DNA of 64,000 nucleotides. Source: Minisyncoccia bacterium (lineage in GTDB: Bacteria; Patescibacteriota; Minisyncoccia; Phycocordibacterales; PALSA-1337). The stretch is from positions 1,664 to 65,663 of the forward strand of contig JBEKVT010000002.1 in NCBI GenBank assembly GCA_049997795.1, in the 5' to 3' direction. The notes under the pieces were generated by a model, which saw only the letters and a program-made list of their open reading frames with translations, was not told where the DNA came from and searched no databases. Shown piece by piece: positions 45,200 through 54,987 of this stretch (its first letter is position 1; every line of letters starts with the position of its first letter). The position numbers and the translations under genes are program-made.

Positions 45200-46216
45200 A
45201 TGCCCGTCCTCTACCGCACCTATCGCCCGCAGAAATGGTCCGAAGTCATGGGCCAGGACCACATCGTGGAAGCTCTGAAAGATGCCGTTGCGAATAAGCG
45301 GGTGTCTCACGCCTACCTTTTTTCCGGCTCGCGCGGCACCGGCAAGACCACGGTGGCCCGCATCCTGGCCAAATCGGTCGAGACGGCCGACGAGGACGTC
45401 TACGAGATAGACGCGGCCTCGAATCGCGGCATCGACGACATCCGCGAGCTCCGCGAGCATGTCTCGGTCCTGCCGTTCTCCTCGCCTTTCAAGGTCTATA
45501 TCATCGACGAGGTGCACATGCTCTCCAAGGACGCTTGGAACGCTCTCCTGAAGACCCTGGAAGAGCCGCCGAAGCACGTCATCTTCATCCTGGCCACTAC
45601 GGAGATAGAGAAGGTGCCGGAGACCATAGTCTCGCGCTGCCAGACATTCGCTTTCAGGAAACCCGGCAGAGAAATCATAAGGAAATTGGTGCTCGCGGTA
45701 GCCAAGAAAGAGGGTTGCGACCTCGACGCCGGCGCTTCCGATCTGATCGCGCTCCTCGGCGACGGCTCGTTCAGGGACGCCCTGGGCATGCTCGAGAAGG
45801 TCATGGCTGCCTCGGCGGATAAGAAGCTGACTCGGCAAGAAGTGGAATCCATCACCGGAGCGCCGAGGGCCGGCTTGGTCAATCGTTTCATCGAGGATCT
45901 GGCCGCCAAGAACGGGGACGCCGCTCTGGCGGTCATCGCGGAAACGGAGAAGGCCGGCATCTCCATGAATATCTTCGCCACCCTAGTCCTCGAGAAGATG
46001 CGCTTCATCCTGCTCGTGGAGCATTCGAAGGCCTCCGAAGCGGCCATACGCGAGCGCGTCTCGCCTGACGACTGGGAATTCATTTCAGCGGAAGCAGGGA
46101 AGAGGAGCATGGCTCCGGAGACGCTCATCGCCATGCTCGAAGCCGTCGAGGCCGTCCCTCGCGCCAGGATCGAGCAGCTGCCCCTCGAGTTGGCTGTCGT
46201 CAAGATCTGTGGTTAA
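45200..46216 (+). CDS. dnaX: DNA polymerase III gamma subunit, short form without tau C-terminal domains
   Basis: 338 aa; GSRGTGKTT Walker A, DEVHML Walker B, SRC motif. Confidence 0.8.
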   Translation: MPVLYRTYRPQKWSEVMGQDHIVEALKDAVANKRVSHAYLFSGSRGTGKTTVARILAKSVETADEDVYEIDAASNRGIDDIRELREHVSVLPFSSPFKVYIIDEVHMLSKDAWNALLKTLEEPPKHVIFILATTEIEKVPETIVSRCQTFAFRKPGREIIRKLVLAVAKKEGCDLDAGASDLIALLGDGSFRDALGMLEKVMAASADKKLTRQEVESITGAPRAGLVNRFIEDLAAKNGDAALAVIAETEKAGISMNIFATLVLEKMRFILLVEHSKASEAAIRERVSPDDWEFISAEAGKRSMAPETLIAMLEAVEAVPRARIEQLPLELAVVKICG

Positions 46217-46230
46217 ATGACGGTGCCATT

Positions 46231-46301
46231 TGCGGGATCGTCTAATGGTAGGACACGAGCCTTTGAAGCTCGCTATCTTGGTTCGACTCCAAGTCCCGCA
46301 G
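46231..46301 (+). tRNA. tRNA-Gln (anticodon TTG)
   Basis: TGCGGGATCGTCTAATGGTAGGACACGAGCCTTTGAAGCTCG...GGTTCGACTCCAAGTCCCGCAG. Confidence 0.8.
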
Positions 46302-46405
46302 CAGACAAAAAATTGTTTATCCTAGACAAGCCAAACGTTCCGTGGTAGATTCTCCACGATTTCGAACGTTCTTTTCCCAACCATCCAACCAACCCAGTCC
46401 GAATC

Positions 46406-46693
46406 ATGAAAAAGGTAGTCAGCCCGGAAGTCGCTAAGGCAGAACGCAGAGGTAATAAAGATACGAATCATCCGTGGAAGATCGTTTATCTCTCCGCGGA
46501 TGGCGTTCCCATCAAAAAGAAGGAGGATGCCTGCTGTGGGTTCTCGTGCGCCCTGAAGAAGGCCCGCCACGCTCTCAACGGCAAGAGTTCGCCGCCGGTC
46601 AAGGAAGTCCGCATCTACGGGGACAGCAATAAAGCTCCGGCGAAATTCCGGGACGGATTCAAGAACGGGTATTTCACTGTCATCGCCGCCTGA
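46406..46693 (+). CDS. Hypothetical small protein (95 aa, CCGFSC motif)
   Basis: Followed by a strong terminator; near-palindrome with two GAACGTTC cores 35-70 nt upstream. Confidence 0.45.
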   Translation: MKKVVSPEVAKAERRGNKDTNHPWKIVYLSADGVPIKKKEDACCGFSCALKKARHALNGKSSPPVKEVRIYGDSNKAPAKFRDGFKNGYFTVIAA

Positions 46694-46716
46694 ATCGATT
46701 GTGAGCTAGCTATTTC

Positions 46717-46742
46717 GGCCGCAGGATTCCCTGCGGTTTTTT
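46717..46742 (+). terminator. Intrinsic terminator (CCGCAGGATTCCCTGCGG + TTTTTTATT)
   Basis: Seen in sequence. Confidence 0.6.
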
Positions 46743-46777
46743 ATTGAAGAACGGGCGCGTATGTTAGACTATACCCC

Positions 46778-47890
46778 ATGCTCGCCATCAGTTTGTTCCT
46801 GATCATAGGGACCCTCATCATCGGTCTGATCCACGCGGTCATATACAAGGCCGTGGTAGTGGCTTTCGCCGTTTCATCCTCTGTCTGGCTCCTGGCTCTT
46901 AGGATCGTCTTCGCGATCCTCACCGTCAGTTTCGTGCTGGCCCTGTTCCTCGTCCGTTCTTTTGACACTGCCGTTGTCCAGATGTTCTACAAAGCTGCTG
47001 CCGTCTGGATGGGCTTCGCCGTATACCTATTCTTCGCCGCCTGCCTGTACGGCCTTGCCGTCGGCATCTTGGCGATAGTCCGACCAGGGACAAATCTCAT
47101 GTGGCTCGCCGTCGTCCTCTTCGCCGTCGCCATCGGCACCGGTATCTATGGCCTCATCCACGCCGCTGATCTGAAAACCAAGGAAGTGACCGTATCGTTG
47201 TCGAATCTGCCTACGGCTTGGCAAGGCAGGCGCGCCGTCTGGGTGAGTGACATGCACTTGGGTGCCATTTACGGAGCCGACTTCAGCCGCGAGGTGACCG
47301 ACGCCGTTAATGCTCTCCATCCAGACATCGTCTGGATCGGCGGCGACCTGTACGATGGCGTCAAGGTTGACGATGATGCCATCATCGCTCCGCTCGCTGG
47401 TTTGAAAGCGCCTCTCGGTATATATTTCGTCACCGGCAATCATGAGGAGTTCGGGGATTCCGGGCCCTTCATCACGGCCATAAAGAAGATCGGCATCCGC
47501 GTTCTCAATAACGAATCCGTGGGCATCAATGGATTGCAGCTCGTCGGCGTCGACGACCGCGATTCAACAGATCAGGTCAAGTTCGCCGCCATATTGTCCG
47601 GGCTCAACATCGACAAGAGTCGGCCGTCGATCCTTCTCAAACATCAGCCATCACAGCTAGATATGGCCGAGAAGGCCGGCATATCGCTCCAGATCTCCGG
47701 CCATACCCACCGCGCCCAGATATGGCCCTTTTCTCTGATCACTCATTGGATATTCCACGGCTACGATTACGGCCTGAATGAATGGGGGACCATGAAAGTC
47801 TTGTCTTCGAGCGGAGCCGGCACCTGGGGACCGCCCATGCGCGTCGGCACCGATGCCGAGATCGTCGTTATCACCTTCGATTTACGCTGA
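46778..47890 (+). CDS. Membrane-bound metallophosphoesterase (calcineurin-like)
   Basis: N-terminal multi-TM region, then GGDLYDG, GNHE, SGHTH phosphoesterase motifs. Confidence 0.75.
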   Translation: MLAISLFLIIGTLIIGLIHAVIYKAVVVAFAVSSSVWLLALRIVFAILTVSFVLALFLVRSFDTAVVQMFYKAAAVWMGFAVYLFFAACLYGLAVGILAIVRPGTNLMWLAVVLFAVAIGTGIYGLIHAADLKTKEVTVSLSNLPTAWQGRRAVWVSDMHLGAIYGADFSREVTDAVNALHPDIVWIGGDLYDGVKVDDDAIIAPLAGLKAPLGIYFVTGNHEEFGDSGPFITAIKKIGIRVLNNESVGINGLQLVGVDDRDSTDQVKFAAILSGLNIDKSRPSILLKHQPSQLDMAEKAGISLQISGHTHRAQIWPFSLITHWIFHGYDYGLNEWGTMKVLSSSGAGTWGPPMRVGTDAEIVVITFDLR

Positions 47891-47927
47891 AAGCCTTTCT
47901 TCTGGTATAATATCCGCTCCAGAGGCC

Positions 47928-48605
47928 ATGCAATTCATCCAAGCGAAAGATCCGAGCGGGGGCGCCGCGGCCGTGGCGGACCGCATCGCCCGAACGCTCC
48001 GACAGGGAAAAAAGGTCCTGTGGTTCGTCTGTGGCGGTTCCAACATCCCGATCTCAGTAGAGATCCTGGCGGTGATCCGGCGGGAGGTCTCCAAGAGATC
48101 GATAAGCAATCTGACGGTAGCCCAGACCGACGAGCGCTACGACCATGTCGGCCATCCCGAATCAAACTGGCAGATGCTCATCGACGCCGGCTTCAATCAG
48201 GCGAACCTCAGCGTCTTGCCGATCCTGACCGGCAAATCAGTCAAAGACACCGTGACCGACTACTCCAGGAAAGTGGAGGCGGCGATGATGACCTCGGCAG
48301 GCGAAGGAGATCTCGTCATCGGCCAATTCGGCATGGGTGAGGATGGGCATATCGCCGGCATCATGCCGCATTCGCCGGCCATTTCAGATCCGGGACCGAT
48401 ATCGGCTTACGAGGCCGGCCCGTTAGTCCGGATAACTGTGTCGCCAGCCATGATCGAGAGGATCCCCGTCGCTTACGCTTTCGTTTTCGGCTCCCCCAAG
48501 AAAGAAGCCGTGCGGCGCCTGCGCGAAGAGAATCTCTCCATCCAAGACCAGCCTGCCCAGGTATTGAAAAGGCTGAAAGAAGCCTATGTATACAGCGACC
48601 AATGA
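47928..48605 (+). CDS. pgl: 6-phosphogluconolactonase (NagB/Pgl/DevB family)
   Basis: GMGEDGHIAG signature; start taken at MQFIQ. Confidence 0.7.
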   Translation: MQFIQAKDPSGGAAAVADRIARTLRQGKKVLWFVCGGSNIPISVEILAVIRREVSKRSISNLTVAQTDERYDHVGHPESNWQMLIDAGFNQANLSVLPILTGKSVKDTVTDYSRKVEAAMMTSAGEGDLVIGQFGMGEDGHIAGIMPHSPAISDPGPISAYEAGPLVRITVSPAMIERIPVAYAFVFGSPKKEAVRRLREENLSIQDQPAQVLKRLKEAYVYSDQ

Positions 48606-48689
48606 AGGCTGCAGGCACCACCATTCATCCATCCGTCGTATGTGTAGTATAATGATGTCCATCTCATTATCAGCCATAATCATCAGTGC

Positions 48690-49010
48690 ATGCATCAAAA
48701 ACATATGTCAAGCATGACTAAAACGGCTATCGCCCTTATCGTCCTGATCGTGGTCATCCTTGTCGGCTGGCTCTGGTACGTTAATTCTTCCGGCGGCATG
48801 CCGACAGCGGGACAATCTGCGCCGATCACGCCGATCCCTCCGACGCCGAACGGCCAAGGGGCGACTCCCATCGGCGGCGTGACCGCTCCTTCCGACTCGT
48901 CGGACGCGGCCATAGACCAAGACATGACGTCAATCGGCGGCCAGGTGAACGGCCTTAACGCCGATTCGGCCAATGCCGGTCAGAACTCAGCGGTTCCGCA
49001 GCTGCAGTGA
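48690..49010 (+). CDS. Hypothetical membrane-anchored Pro/Gly-rich small protein
   Basis: TM AIALIVLIVVILVGWLWYV then low-complexity tail. Confidence 0.4.
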   Translation: MHQKHMSSMTKTAIALIVLIVVILVGWLWYVNSSGGMPTAGQSAPITPIPPTPNGQGATPIGGVTAPSDSSDAAIDQDMTSIGGQVNGLNADSANAGQNSAVPQLQ

Positions 49011-49044
49011 GGCGGCCAGTCTATCTATCAGAACTTAATCGCAC

Positions 49045-49890
49045 ATGCATCACATCATGAAATCACGCATCATATACACAGCCGCCTCTCTGGCATTATG
49101 CGCTTCGTTTGCGGCGGTTCTGCCGGCCTTCGCCCAAACGGGCGAGAATGCGGCGACGGCCGGTCCGACGAACCCTCCTGGCGCGCCGGCGATAACGGCT
49201 AGGAGCGCCGCCTTGGCAGGACGGATAGACAGCCTAGAGAACCGCGCCGAACAGGCTGTCACTGATCGCATCGACAGCCTGAACATGATGGTAGGCCGGA
49301 TCACAGGCATGAAGAACCTCTCCGACAGTCAGAAGACGGCGCTCTCGACGACCATCCAAGCCGAGATCGCGGACATGAACGCCCTCAAGACGAAGCTCCA
49401 AGCCGACGCTTCCACCACCAGCCTGAGGACCGATATCAAATCGATCACTTCGGACTATCGCATATATATGGTGGTCGAACCGCAGATCTCCATCTTGGCG
49501 GCGGCCGACAGGACAAGCACGATCGTTGGCTTGCTCACCACGCTTTCCGGCAAACTCGAGACGCGGTTGTCCCAGGCTGCCAACGCGTCTAACCTTGCCT
49601 CTCTCCAGGCAGACCTCGCCGACATGAGCGCCAAGCTGACCGACGCTGCGGCGCAAGCCACGGCCGCCGCAAGCGAAGTGGCAGGCCTGCAGCCTGATAA
49701 AGGCGATCAGACGGTCATGCAGTCGAACAACGCCGCCCTTAAAGACGCCCGCTCGAAGATCCAGGCTGCCAATAAGGACATCCAAGCCGCCTACAAGGAC
49801 GCCCAAGCGATCGTCGCCGGCATGAGAGGCAATAAGCCGCCGGCAGCCTCGGTAGTGCCTACGACGACGCCTCCTACGACTAACCAATAA
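49045..49890 (+). CDS. Secreted coiled-coil protein, hypothetical
   Basis: Signal peptide ...LALCASFAAVLPAFAQ; Ala/Gln-rich heptad-like repeats. Confidence 0.45.
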   Translation: MHHIMKSRIIYTAASLALCASFAAVLPAFAQTGENAATAGPTNPPGAPAITARSAALAGRIDSLENRAEQAVTDRIDSLNMMVGRITGMKNLSDSQKTALSTTIQAEIADMNALKTKLQADASTTSLRTDIKSITSDYRIYMVVEPQISILAAADRTSTIVGLLTTLSGKLETRLSQAANASNLASLQADLADMSAKLTDAAAQATAAASEVAGLQPDKGDQTVMQSNNAALKDARSKIQAANKDIQAAYKDAQAIVAGMRGNKPPAASVVPTTTPPTTNQ

Positions 49891-49919
49891 GCCCTATCAC
49901 CGTTCCCATGAAGACCGCC

Positions 49920-50624
49920 CTATTTCTGGGGCGGTTTTCTCTTCATGAAGATCTGTTTGAAGAAATGCAGGATGTATCTGCTTTCAAGCCTAATGATGCC
50001 TTCCTTTTTGAACCGGCGGGCCGATGTCTTCATGACCAGACCGGAATCGAAGACGACTTTGCCGTGGCGGGCCAGGCGCTTGGCGGTATCCGTGTCGTCG
50101 CCGTAGAAGGTCAGGGCGGTATCGAAGCCGCCTTCGGCCGCGAGAGCCGAGGCACGCATGAAGCTATTGCCGCCGATCATGACCGCGCCGCTGCCGAGCG
50201 CTTGGGCAAGCCGATTGAACCGATGATACAACGAGCTTTGAAAGACTAGGGCGAACCATCGGAAGGCCGCGTGGCTATCATGGTAGTCATACGGGCCGCT
50301 CGCGCCGGAAACGTCCGGGTCGCTGAAATGCGCCAGACCGCGAGAGAGCCAGCTTCTGTCCGGCAGACAATCGGCGTCCATCCTGACGATGATCTGGCCC
50401 GACGCCTCGAGGCGGCCGCGCTCGCAGGCCCACATCGTACCCCTGCGCTCCTCGCGCACGATCTTCACCGGGAATCCGCCGGCGACCGCGGCGGTCCGGT
50501 CGGTGCTCCCGTTGTCGACGATGATGACTTCGAAGTCCGGGTGGTCCTGGTCCAGGACCGCCCGCAGGGCCTCGGCCAAGAGGGCCTCTTCATTGCGAGC
50601 CGGTATTATGATCGACGCTCTCAT
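49920..50624 (-). CDS. Glycosyltransferase family 2
   Basis: IIIPARNEE...DNGSTD...DAD GT-A fold motifs. Confidence 0.75.
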   Translation of the reverse strand: MRASIIIPARNEEALLAEALRAVLDQDHPDFEVIIVDNGSTDRTAAVAGGFPVKIVREERRGTMWACERGRLEASGQIIVRMDADCLPDRSWLSRGLAHFSDPDVSGASGPYDYHDSHAAFRWFALVFQSSLYHRFNRLAQALGSGAVMIGGNSFMRASALAAEGGFDTALTFYGDDTDTAKRLARHGKVVFDSGLVMKTSARRFKKEGIIRLESRYILHFFKQIFMKRKPPQK

Positions 50625-50630
50625 CGCGGA

Positions 50631-51353
50631 TCACCTTATGGGTTCCCACTCCTTGACGAAAGCTCTGCCTTTCACGACCATGAAGACCGAATTCAGGAAC
50701 CAGAGCGATAAGAGGCGGAGCCAGCCGATCTTATGGGCTCGGCGGCCGGTATGATATATCACAAGGCCTTTCTCGTAGCGGACGTGGCCGGCCTTGGCGA
50801 GCCTGGAGAACAACTCAATGTCTTCGCTCGCCGCCAGCCGCCCGTTATAGCCCCCGAGCCGGTCGAAGGCGTCCTTGCGGATCATCTGGAATTCTCCGGC
50901 GGACATGCCGAAATGGAGGATATCGTTCACGAACCAGAGGTAATCATTGAACAGGTTGAAGATGACCCAATCGGTCAGCGTCTCGAACTCCGGCAGGACC
51001 CGGATGGCGACGTTCACGGCCACGAGCTTCGGGTCTCTCCCGAAATGCTTCATGATCTTGTTGAAGAAAGAATCCGGCTCTTTGATGGTGCAATCAGCGT
51101 CCATAAATACCAGGAATTCTCCCCGGGCGGCTTTGGCGCCGTCGTTCCGGCCTTCGGCGATGGTCTGGCGCTTCTTCCCGGAGTAGACGATGACTTTGTC
51201 TGCGTATCTTCCGGCGATCTCCGCCGTGCGATCCGAGCTCCGGCCGTCGGAGATGATGATCTCGTAAGGGATCGAGAGCTTTGATTTCAAAGACGTCAGC
51301 GTCTTCTCGATGACGCTCTCCTCATTCAAGGTTGGGATGATGATCGAAAGCAT
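50631..51353 (-). CDS. Glycosyltransferase family 2 (polyprenol-phosphate sugar transferase-like)
   Basis: IIIPTLNEE...SDGRSSDRT...FMDADC motifs. Confidence 0.75.
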   Translation of the reverse strand: MLSIIIPTLNEESVIEKTLTSLKSKLSIPYEIIISDGRSSDRTAEIAGRYADKVIVYSGKKRQTIAEGRNDGAKAARGEFLVFMDADCTIKEPDSFFNKIMKHFGRDPKLVAVNVAIRVLPEFETLTDWVIFNLFNDYLWFVNDILHFGMSAGEFQMIRKDAFDRLGGYNGRLAASEDIELFSRLAKAGHVRYEKGLVIYHTGRRAHKIGWLRLLSLWFLNSVFMVVKGRAFVKEWEPIR

Positions 51354-51363
51354 GGCAGTCGCG

Positions 51364-51987
51364 TCATATCTCTATCTCCTCGGCCCGCTTGCGCAGGTAT
51401 TGGACATATCGGAAAAGGGCGAAACATACGAGGACGATGCCGACTATCAAGGAGATCCGGCCGGCCCAGTTGTTGACCTGGATGTAGGCGCTCGAGAAGA
51501 AATAGCCGACGGCGAGCAGAATGCCAGTCCAGACGAATTGCCCGAGCAGGTTGACAGAGAGGTATTCGCCGAAGGGGATGCGGACCACGCCGGCAGTCAT
51601 CAAGGTGACGAGCGAGAAGCCGAAGCCGTTCGAGATCTTGGAGATGAACAGTACGGCGTGCTTGTATTTGTGGAACAATCTGGTCATCTTCCCGACCTTC
51701 TCTTCGGTGACGCCGAAATATTTGCCCCAGCGCGCGATGAAGCCGTGGCCGTAGACCCGGCCGATCCGATACCAGATGCCGTCTCCGATCAAGTCGCCGA
51801 GCATGAGACAGGCATAAATCGGGATGAAGTGCAGATAGCCGAGGCGGAGCAGGACGCCGAAGACGACGGAAAGGATCGGGCCCTCGGCGCAGGCCAGGAT
51901 GATGATCAGAAAATATATGAGCAGATTGTGGTCGAGGGCGAAGCCGATAGTCCACTGCAGCATAAGCCATATTCTACACGCTTTCAT
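51364..51987 (-). CDS. DedA/SNARE-associated (VTT domain) membrane protein
   Basis: Multi-TM with G-x-x-x-G rich DedA core; start may be internal Met at 51963. Confidence 0.65.
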   Translation of the reverse strand: MKACRIWLMLQWTIGFALDHNLLIYFLIIILACAEGPILSVVFGVLLRLGYLHFIPIYACLMLGDLIGDGIWYRIGRVYGHGFIARWGKYFGVTEEKVGKMTRLFHKYKHAVLFISKISNGFGFSLVTLMTAGVVRIPFGEYLSVNLLGQFVWTGILLAVGYFFSSAYIQVNNWAGRISLIVGIVLVCFALFRYVQYLRKRAEEIEI

Positions 51988-52001
51988 GTTATATTGAAAT
52001 C

Positions 52002-53048
52002 ATGTTTTACGAAAAGGTCCTGAAACCGATACTGTTCCGCCGCGATCCGGAGTCGGTCCACGATCTCTTCACGCGCATAGGTGAATCCCTGGGCAAGCGC
52101 GGCCTTGGCCGCGGCGCCGTTGAAGCCGTGTACGGCTATCATGGCGCCGACATCTCCAAGACCTTGGACGGCATAAGATATCGTACGCCGTTCCTTCTGG
52201 CGGCCGGCTTCGATTACAACGCTAGGCTGACGAGGATATTGCCGCACATCGGCCTCGGCGGGGAAGAGATCGGCTCGATCACCGCTCGAGCCTGCGAAGG
52301 CAATCCCAAGCCGCGCCTCTCGCGCCTGTCGAGATCCAAGAGTATCTTGGTAAATAAAGGGCTTAGAAACGACGGCGTAGAGGCTATTATCGAACGGCTG
52401 AAAGCCGCGCCGCGCGAGAAAGATTTCGTCCTCGGCGTCTCTATCGCCAGGACCAACGATCGGACGTCGGCGCCGATCCAGGCCGGCATAGACGATTACG
52501 TCCAGTCGTTCAGGCGCTTGAATGAAGAGAAGATCGGCGATTATTACACCATCAACATATCCTGTCCAAACGCTTTCGGCGGCGAAGCCTTCACCACGCC
52601 GGAGCTCCTGGACCGTTTGCTCCAAGCCATAAGGGCCGTGCCGTCGAAGAAGCCGGCTTACGTCAAGATGCCCATCAACTTGCCCTGGGACCGCTTCGAC
52701 GCCTTGCTCAAGGTGATCGACCGTCGGAATCTTAACGGCGTGGTCATCGGCAATCTGAACAAAGATTACGATTCTCTCGATTTCCGCGACGAGGCCCCGG
52801 CCGTCTATAAGGGCGGCTTATCCGGAAAGCCATGCATGCATCCGTCGACCGACCTCATATACAAGACCCGCGAGCTCTACGGCCGCCGTTTCACCATCTT
52901 CGGCGTAGGGGGAGTGATGTCGCCGGAGACCGCCAAGGAAAAATTCGACGCCGGCGCCGATCTAATCCAGCTCATCACTGGGCTCATCTTCAAAGGGCCC
53001 GGCCTCGTCAGGAGGATGTGCGCGGCCCGCGCCCTGCCGCTCAAATAA
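52002..53048 (+). CDS. pyrD: Dihydroorotate dehydrogenase (class 2, quinone-dependent type)
   Basis: GLGGEEIGSITA (FMN-binding region), N-terminal amphipathic segment; extended -10 TGtTATATT 6 nt before ATG. Confidence 0.85.
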   Translation: MFYEKVLKPILFRRDPESVHDLFTRIGESLGKRGLGRGAVEAVYGYHGADISKTLDGIRYRTPFLLAAGFDYNARLTRILPHIGLGGEEIGSITARACEGNPKPRLSRLSRSKSILVNKGLRNDGVEAIIERLKAAPREKDFVLGVSIARTNDRTSAPIQAGIDDYVQSFRRLNEEKIGDYYTINISCPNAFGGEAFTTPELLDRLLQAIRAVPSKKPAYVKMPINLPWDRFDALLKVIDRRNLNGVVIGNLNKDYDSLDFRDEAPAVYKGGLSGKPCMHPSTDLIYKTRELYGRRFTIFGVGGVMSPETAKEKFDAGADLIQLITGLIFKGPGLVRRMCAARALPLK

Positions 53049-53104
53049 AAAGCGGCCCCGCGAGCGGGCCGCCGAAAGTAAAGAACAGTGGACGAAGAGT
53101 CCGA

Positions 53105-53476
53105 TCAGACGCACGCGGCGCTTGCCGCAGATCGCAAGCAGCCGAGACGATGATTCCTGTCCAGGCCGAGCTTGAGGCATTCCGCGACCTTGCGCTTCAC
53201 GGTATGGAACGTGTCGCGAATGTAGAGGAGGAGGGTCAAGACGCCATTGTCTCGCAGCAGTCTTTTGAACTCGCTCTTCTTCGGCCGCGACGGCAGGACC
53301 ACGATGCGCAACCTGAATCCCAAGCTCCTTCTGCCGGTGCCTTGGACGACCGTCCGGAAATCAGCGAGCTGCTCGGGGGTACGCTTCACTCGACAGAAGC
53401 GCACTACGGGGTATCTGAGGCCGTATGCCGGCTTCTCGGTCAAGGCAAGGAGAGCTAATTCGACTTTCGTCATCAT
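53105..53476 (-). CDS. Hypothetical protein (124 aa)
   Basis: Balanced composition; terminator-like hairpin GCGGCCCCGCGAGCGGGCCGC at 53055-53075 with U-run on minus strand. Confidence 0.35.
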   Translation of the reverse strand: MMTKVELALLALTEKPAYGLRYPVVRFCRVKRTPEQLADFRTVVQGTGRRSLGFRLRIVVLPSRPKKSEFKRLLRDNGVLTLLLYIRDTFHTVKRKVAECLKLGLDRNHRLGCLRSAASAACV

Positions 53477-53634
53477 CTCTCCGATGACATTGCGGTGACA
53501 AGCGAATGATTCAGTGGACATACTGCCCATCAATATAACATGCTTATCCAGGCCGGCTATTCACATGCCGGAGCGCCACTCCCGTATGATACAATGTAAG
53601 CGCTATCTTTAACCGTCCTCGGACGGAAAACACC

Positions 53635-54666
53635 ATGAAAAAAATCCGCGTCGCCATCAACGGTTTCGGCAGGATCGGCCGGGCCTTCCTCCGGGTCGCC
53701 AAGGAGCGCCAGGAGATAGAGGTCGTGGCCGTGAACGACCTCGGCGACATCGAGAATTTCGCCTATCTCCTGAAGCACGACAGCGTCTACGGCACGAGCC
53801 CATTCGACGTCTCCGTGAACGAGAAGAACGGCTCGCTCATGGTCGACGGCCAGGAGATCCTGTTCGTAAGCGAGAAGGACCCGACCATGCTGCCGTGGAA
53901 GAAATTGGATATCGACGTAGTCGTCGAGTCCACTGGGCTGTTCACCTCCGCAGAGAAGGCTAACCATCACATCGATGCCGGCGCCAAGCGGGTGGTCATC
54001 TCCGCGCCGATTAAAGATGCTCCGGATGCCGCAGTAAAAGGCGAGACCGTCCTCATGGCCATGAACGAGGTTAAGCTCGAATCATGCCCGATCTCTTCCA
54101 ACGCCTCCTGCACCACCAATGCCGGCTCGCCCCTGATCGCCATCCTCGACGAAGCTATCGGCATAGAGAAGGCGCTCCTCAACACCGTGCATGCCTACAC
54201 CGCGAGCCAATCGATAGTTGACGGACCATCCAAGAAAGACCTGCGTGAAGGCCGGGCCGGCGCCGAGAACATCGTGCCCTCATCGACCGGAGCGGCCATA
54301 GCAGTCACCAAGGTCATCACCCAATTGAGCGGCAAGTTCGACGGCATCTCCATCAGGGTGCCAGTCGTGGCGGGCTCGATCGTCGACGTCACTTTCGTCG
54401 GGAAGCGCGACACGACCGCCGAAGAGGTGAATTCCATCCTGAAGAAAGCCGCCGAGAGCCCGCGCTGGCGGGGTATCTTCGCTGTAACGGAGGAGCCGCT
54501 TGTCTCGCGAGACATCATCGGCAACCGCCACGCCTCCATCGCCGATCTCAATTTCACCCGCGTGGTAGGCGGCAATCTGGTCAAGGTCTTGGCTTGGTAT
54601 GACAATGAGATGGGATACACCTATACCCTGGTGGATCATGTGATCAAGGCCGGCAGGCTCGTATAA
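53635..54666 (+). CDS. gap: Glyceraldehyde-3-phosphate dehydrogenase
   Basis: INGFGRIGR NAD-binding, SNASCTTN catalytic Cys motif. Confidence 0.9.
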   Translation: MKKIRVAINGFGRIGRAFLRVAKERQEIEVVAVNDLGDIENFAYLLKHDSVYGTSPFDVSVNEKNGSLMVDGQEILFVSEKDPTMLPWKKLDIDVVVESTGLFTSAEKANHHIDAGAKRVVISAPIKDAPDAAVKGETVLMAMNEVKLESCPISSNASCTTNAGSPLIAILDEAIGIEKALLNTVHAYTASQSIVDGPSKKDLREGRAGAENIVPSSTGAAIAVTKVITQLSGKFDGISIRVPVVAGSIVDVTFVGKRDTTAEEVNSILKKAAESPRWRGIFAVTEEPLVSRDIIGNRHASIADLNFTRVVGGNLVKVLAWYDNEMGYTYTLVDHVIKAGRLV

Positions 54667-54672
54667 TCAAAG

Positions 54673-54975
54673 ATGGGAAGCTACAACAAATTGGTCAGGG
54701 ATAAAATCCCTGAAATCCTCGATAAGAAAGGCGTTGCATACGAGAAGAGGGCTGCTTCTCCTGAAGAATACAAGGCTGAGCTCGTAAAGAAGCTCGGTGA
54801 AGAGGCCGGGGAATTATCTGAGACTGGAGATCCGGAAGAATTAGCTGATATTGCGGAAGTCATCGAAGCCCTTAAGAAGCTCCCTGAATATAAAAATATC
54901 GAGGAACTAAGACGGAAAAAGCACGCGGAACGTGGGGGTTTTGACAAAAAGATCATCCTTAGGGGCGAGAAGTGA
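54673..54975 (+). CDS. MazG-like nucleotide pyrophosphohydrolase, small form
   Basis: 100 aa; EExxEL...DxEELxDxxDV pattern; AT-richer than neighbours. Confidence 0.55.
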   Translation: MGSYNKLVRDKIPEILDKKGVAYEKRAASPEEYKAELVKKLGEEAGELSETGDPEELADIAEVIEALKKLPEYKNIEELRRKKHAERGGFDKKIILRGEK

Positions 54976-54987
54976 TAATATGGCAAT

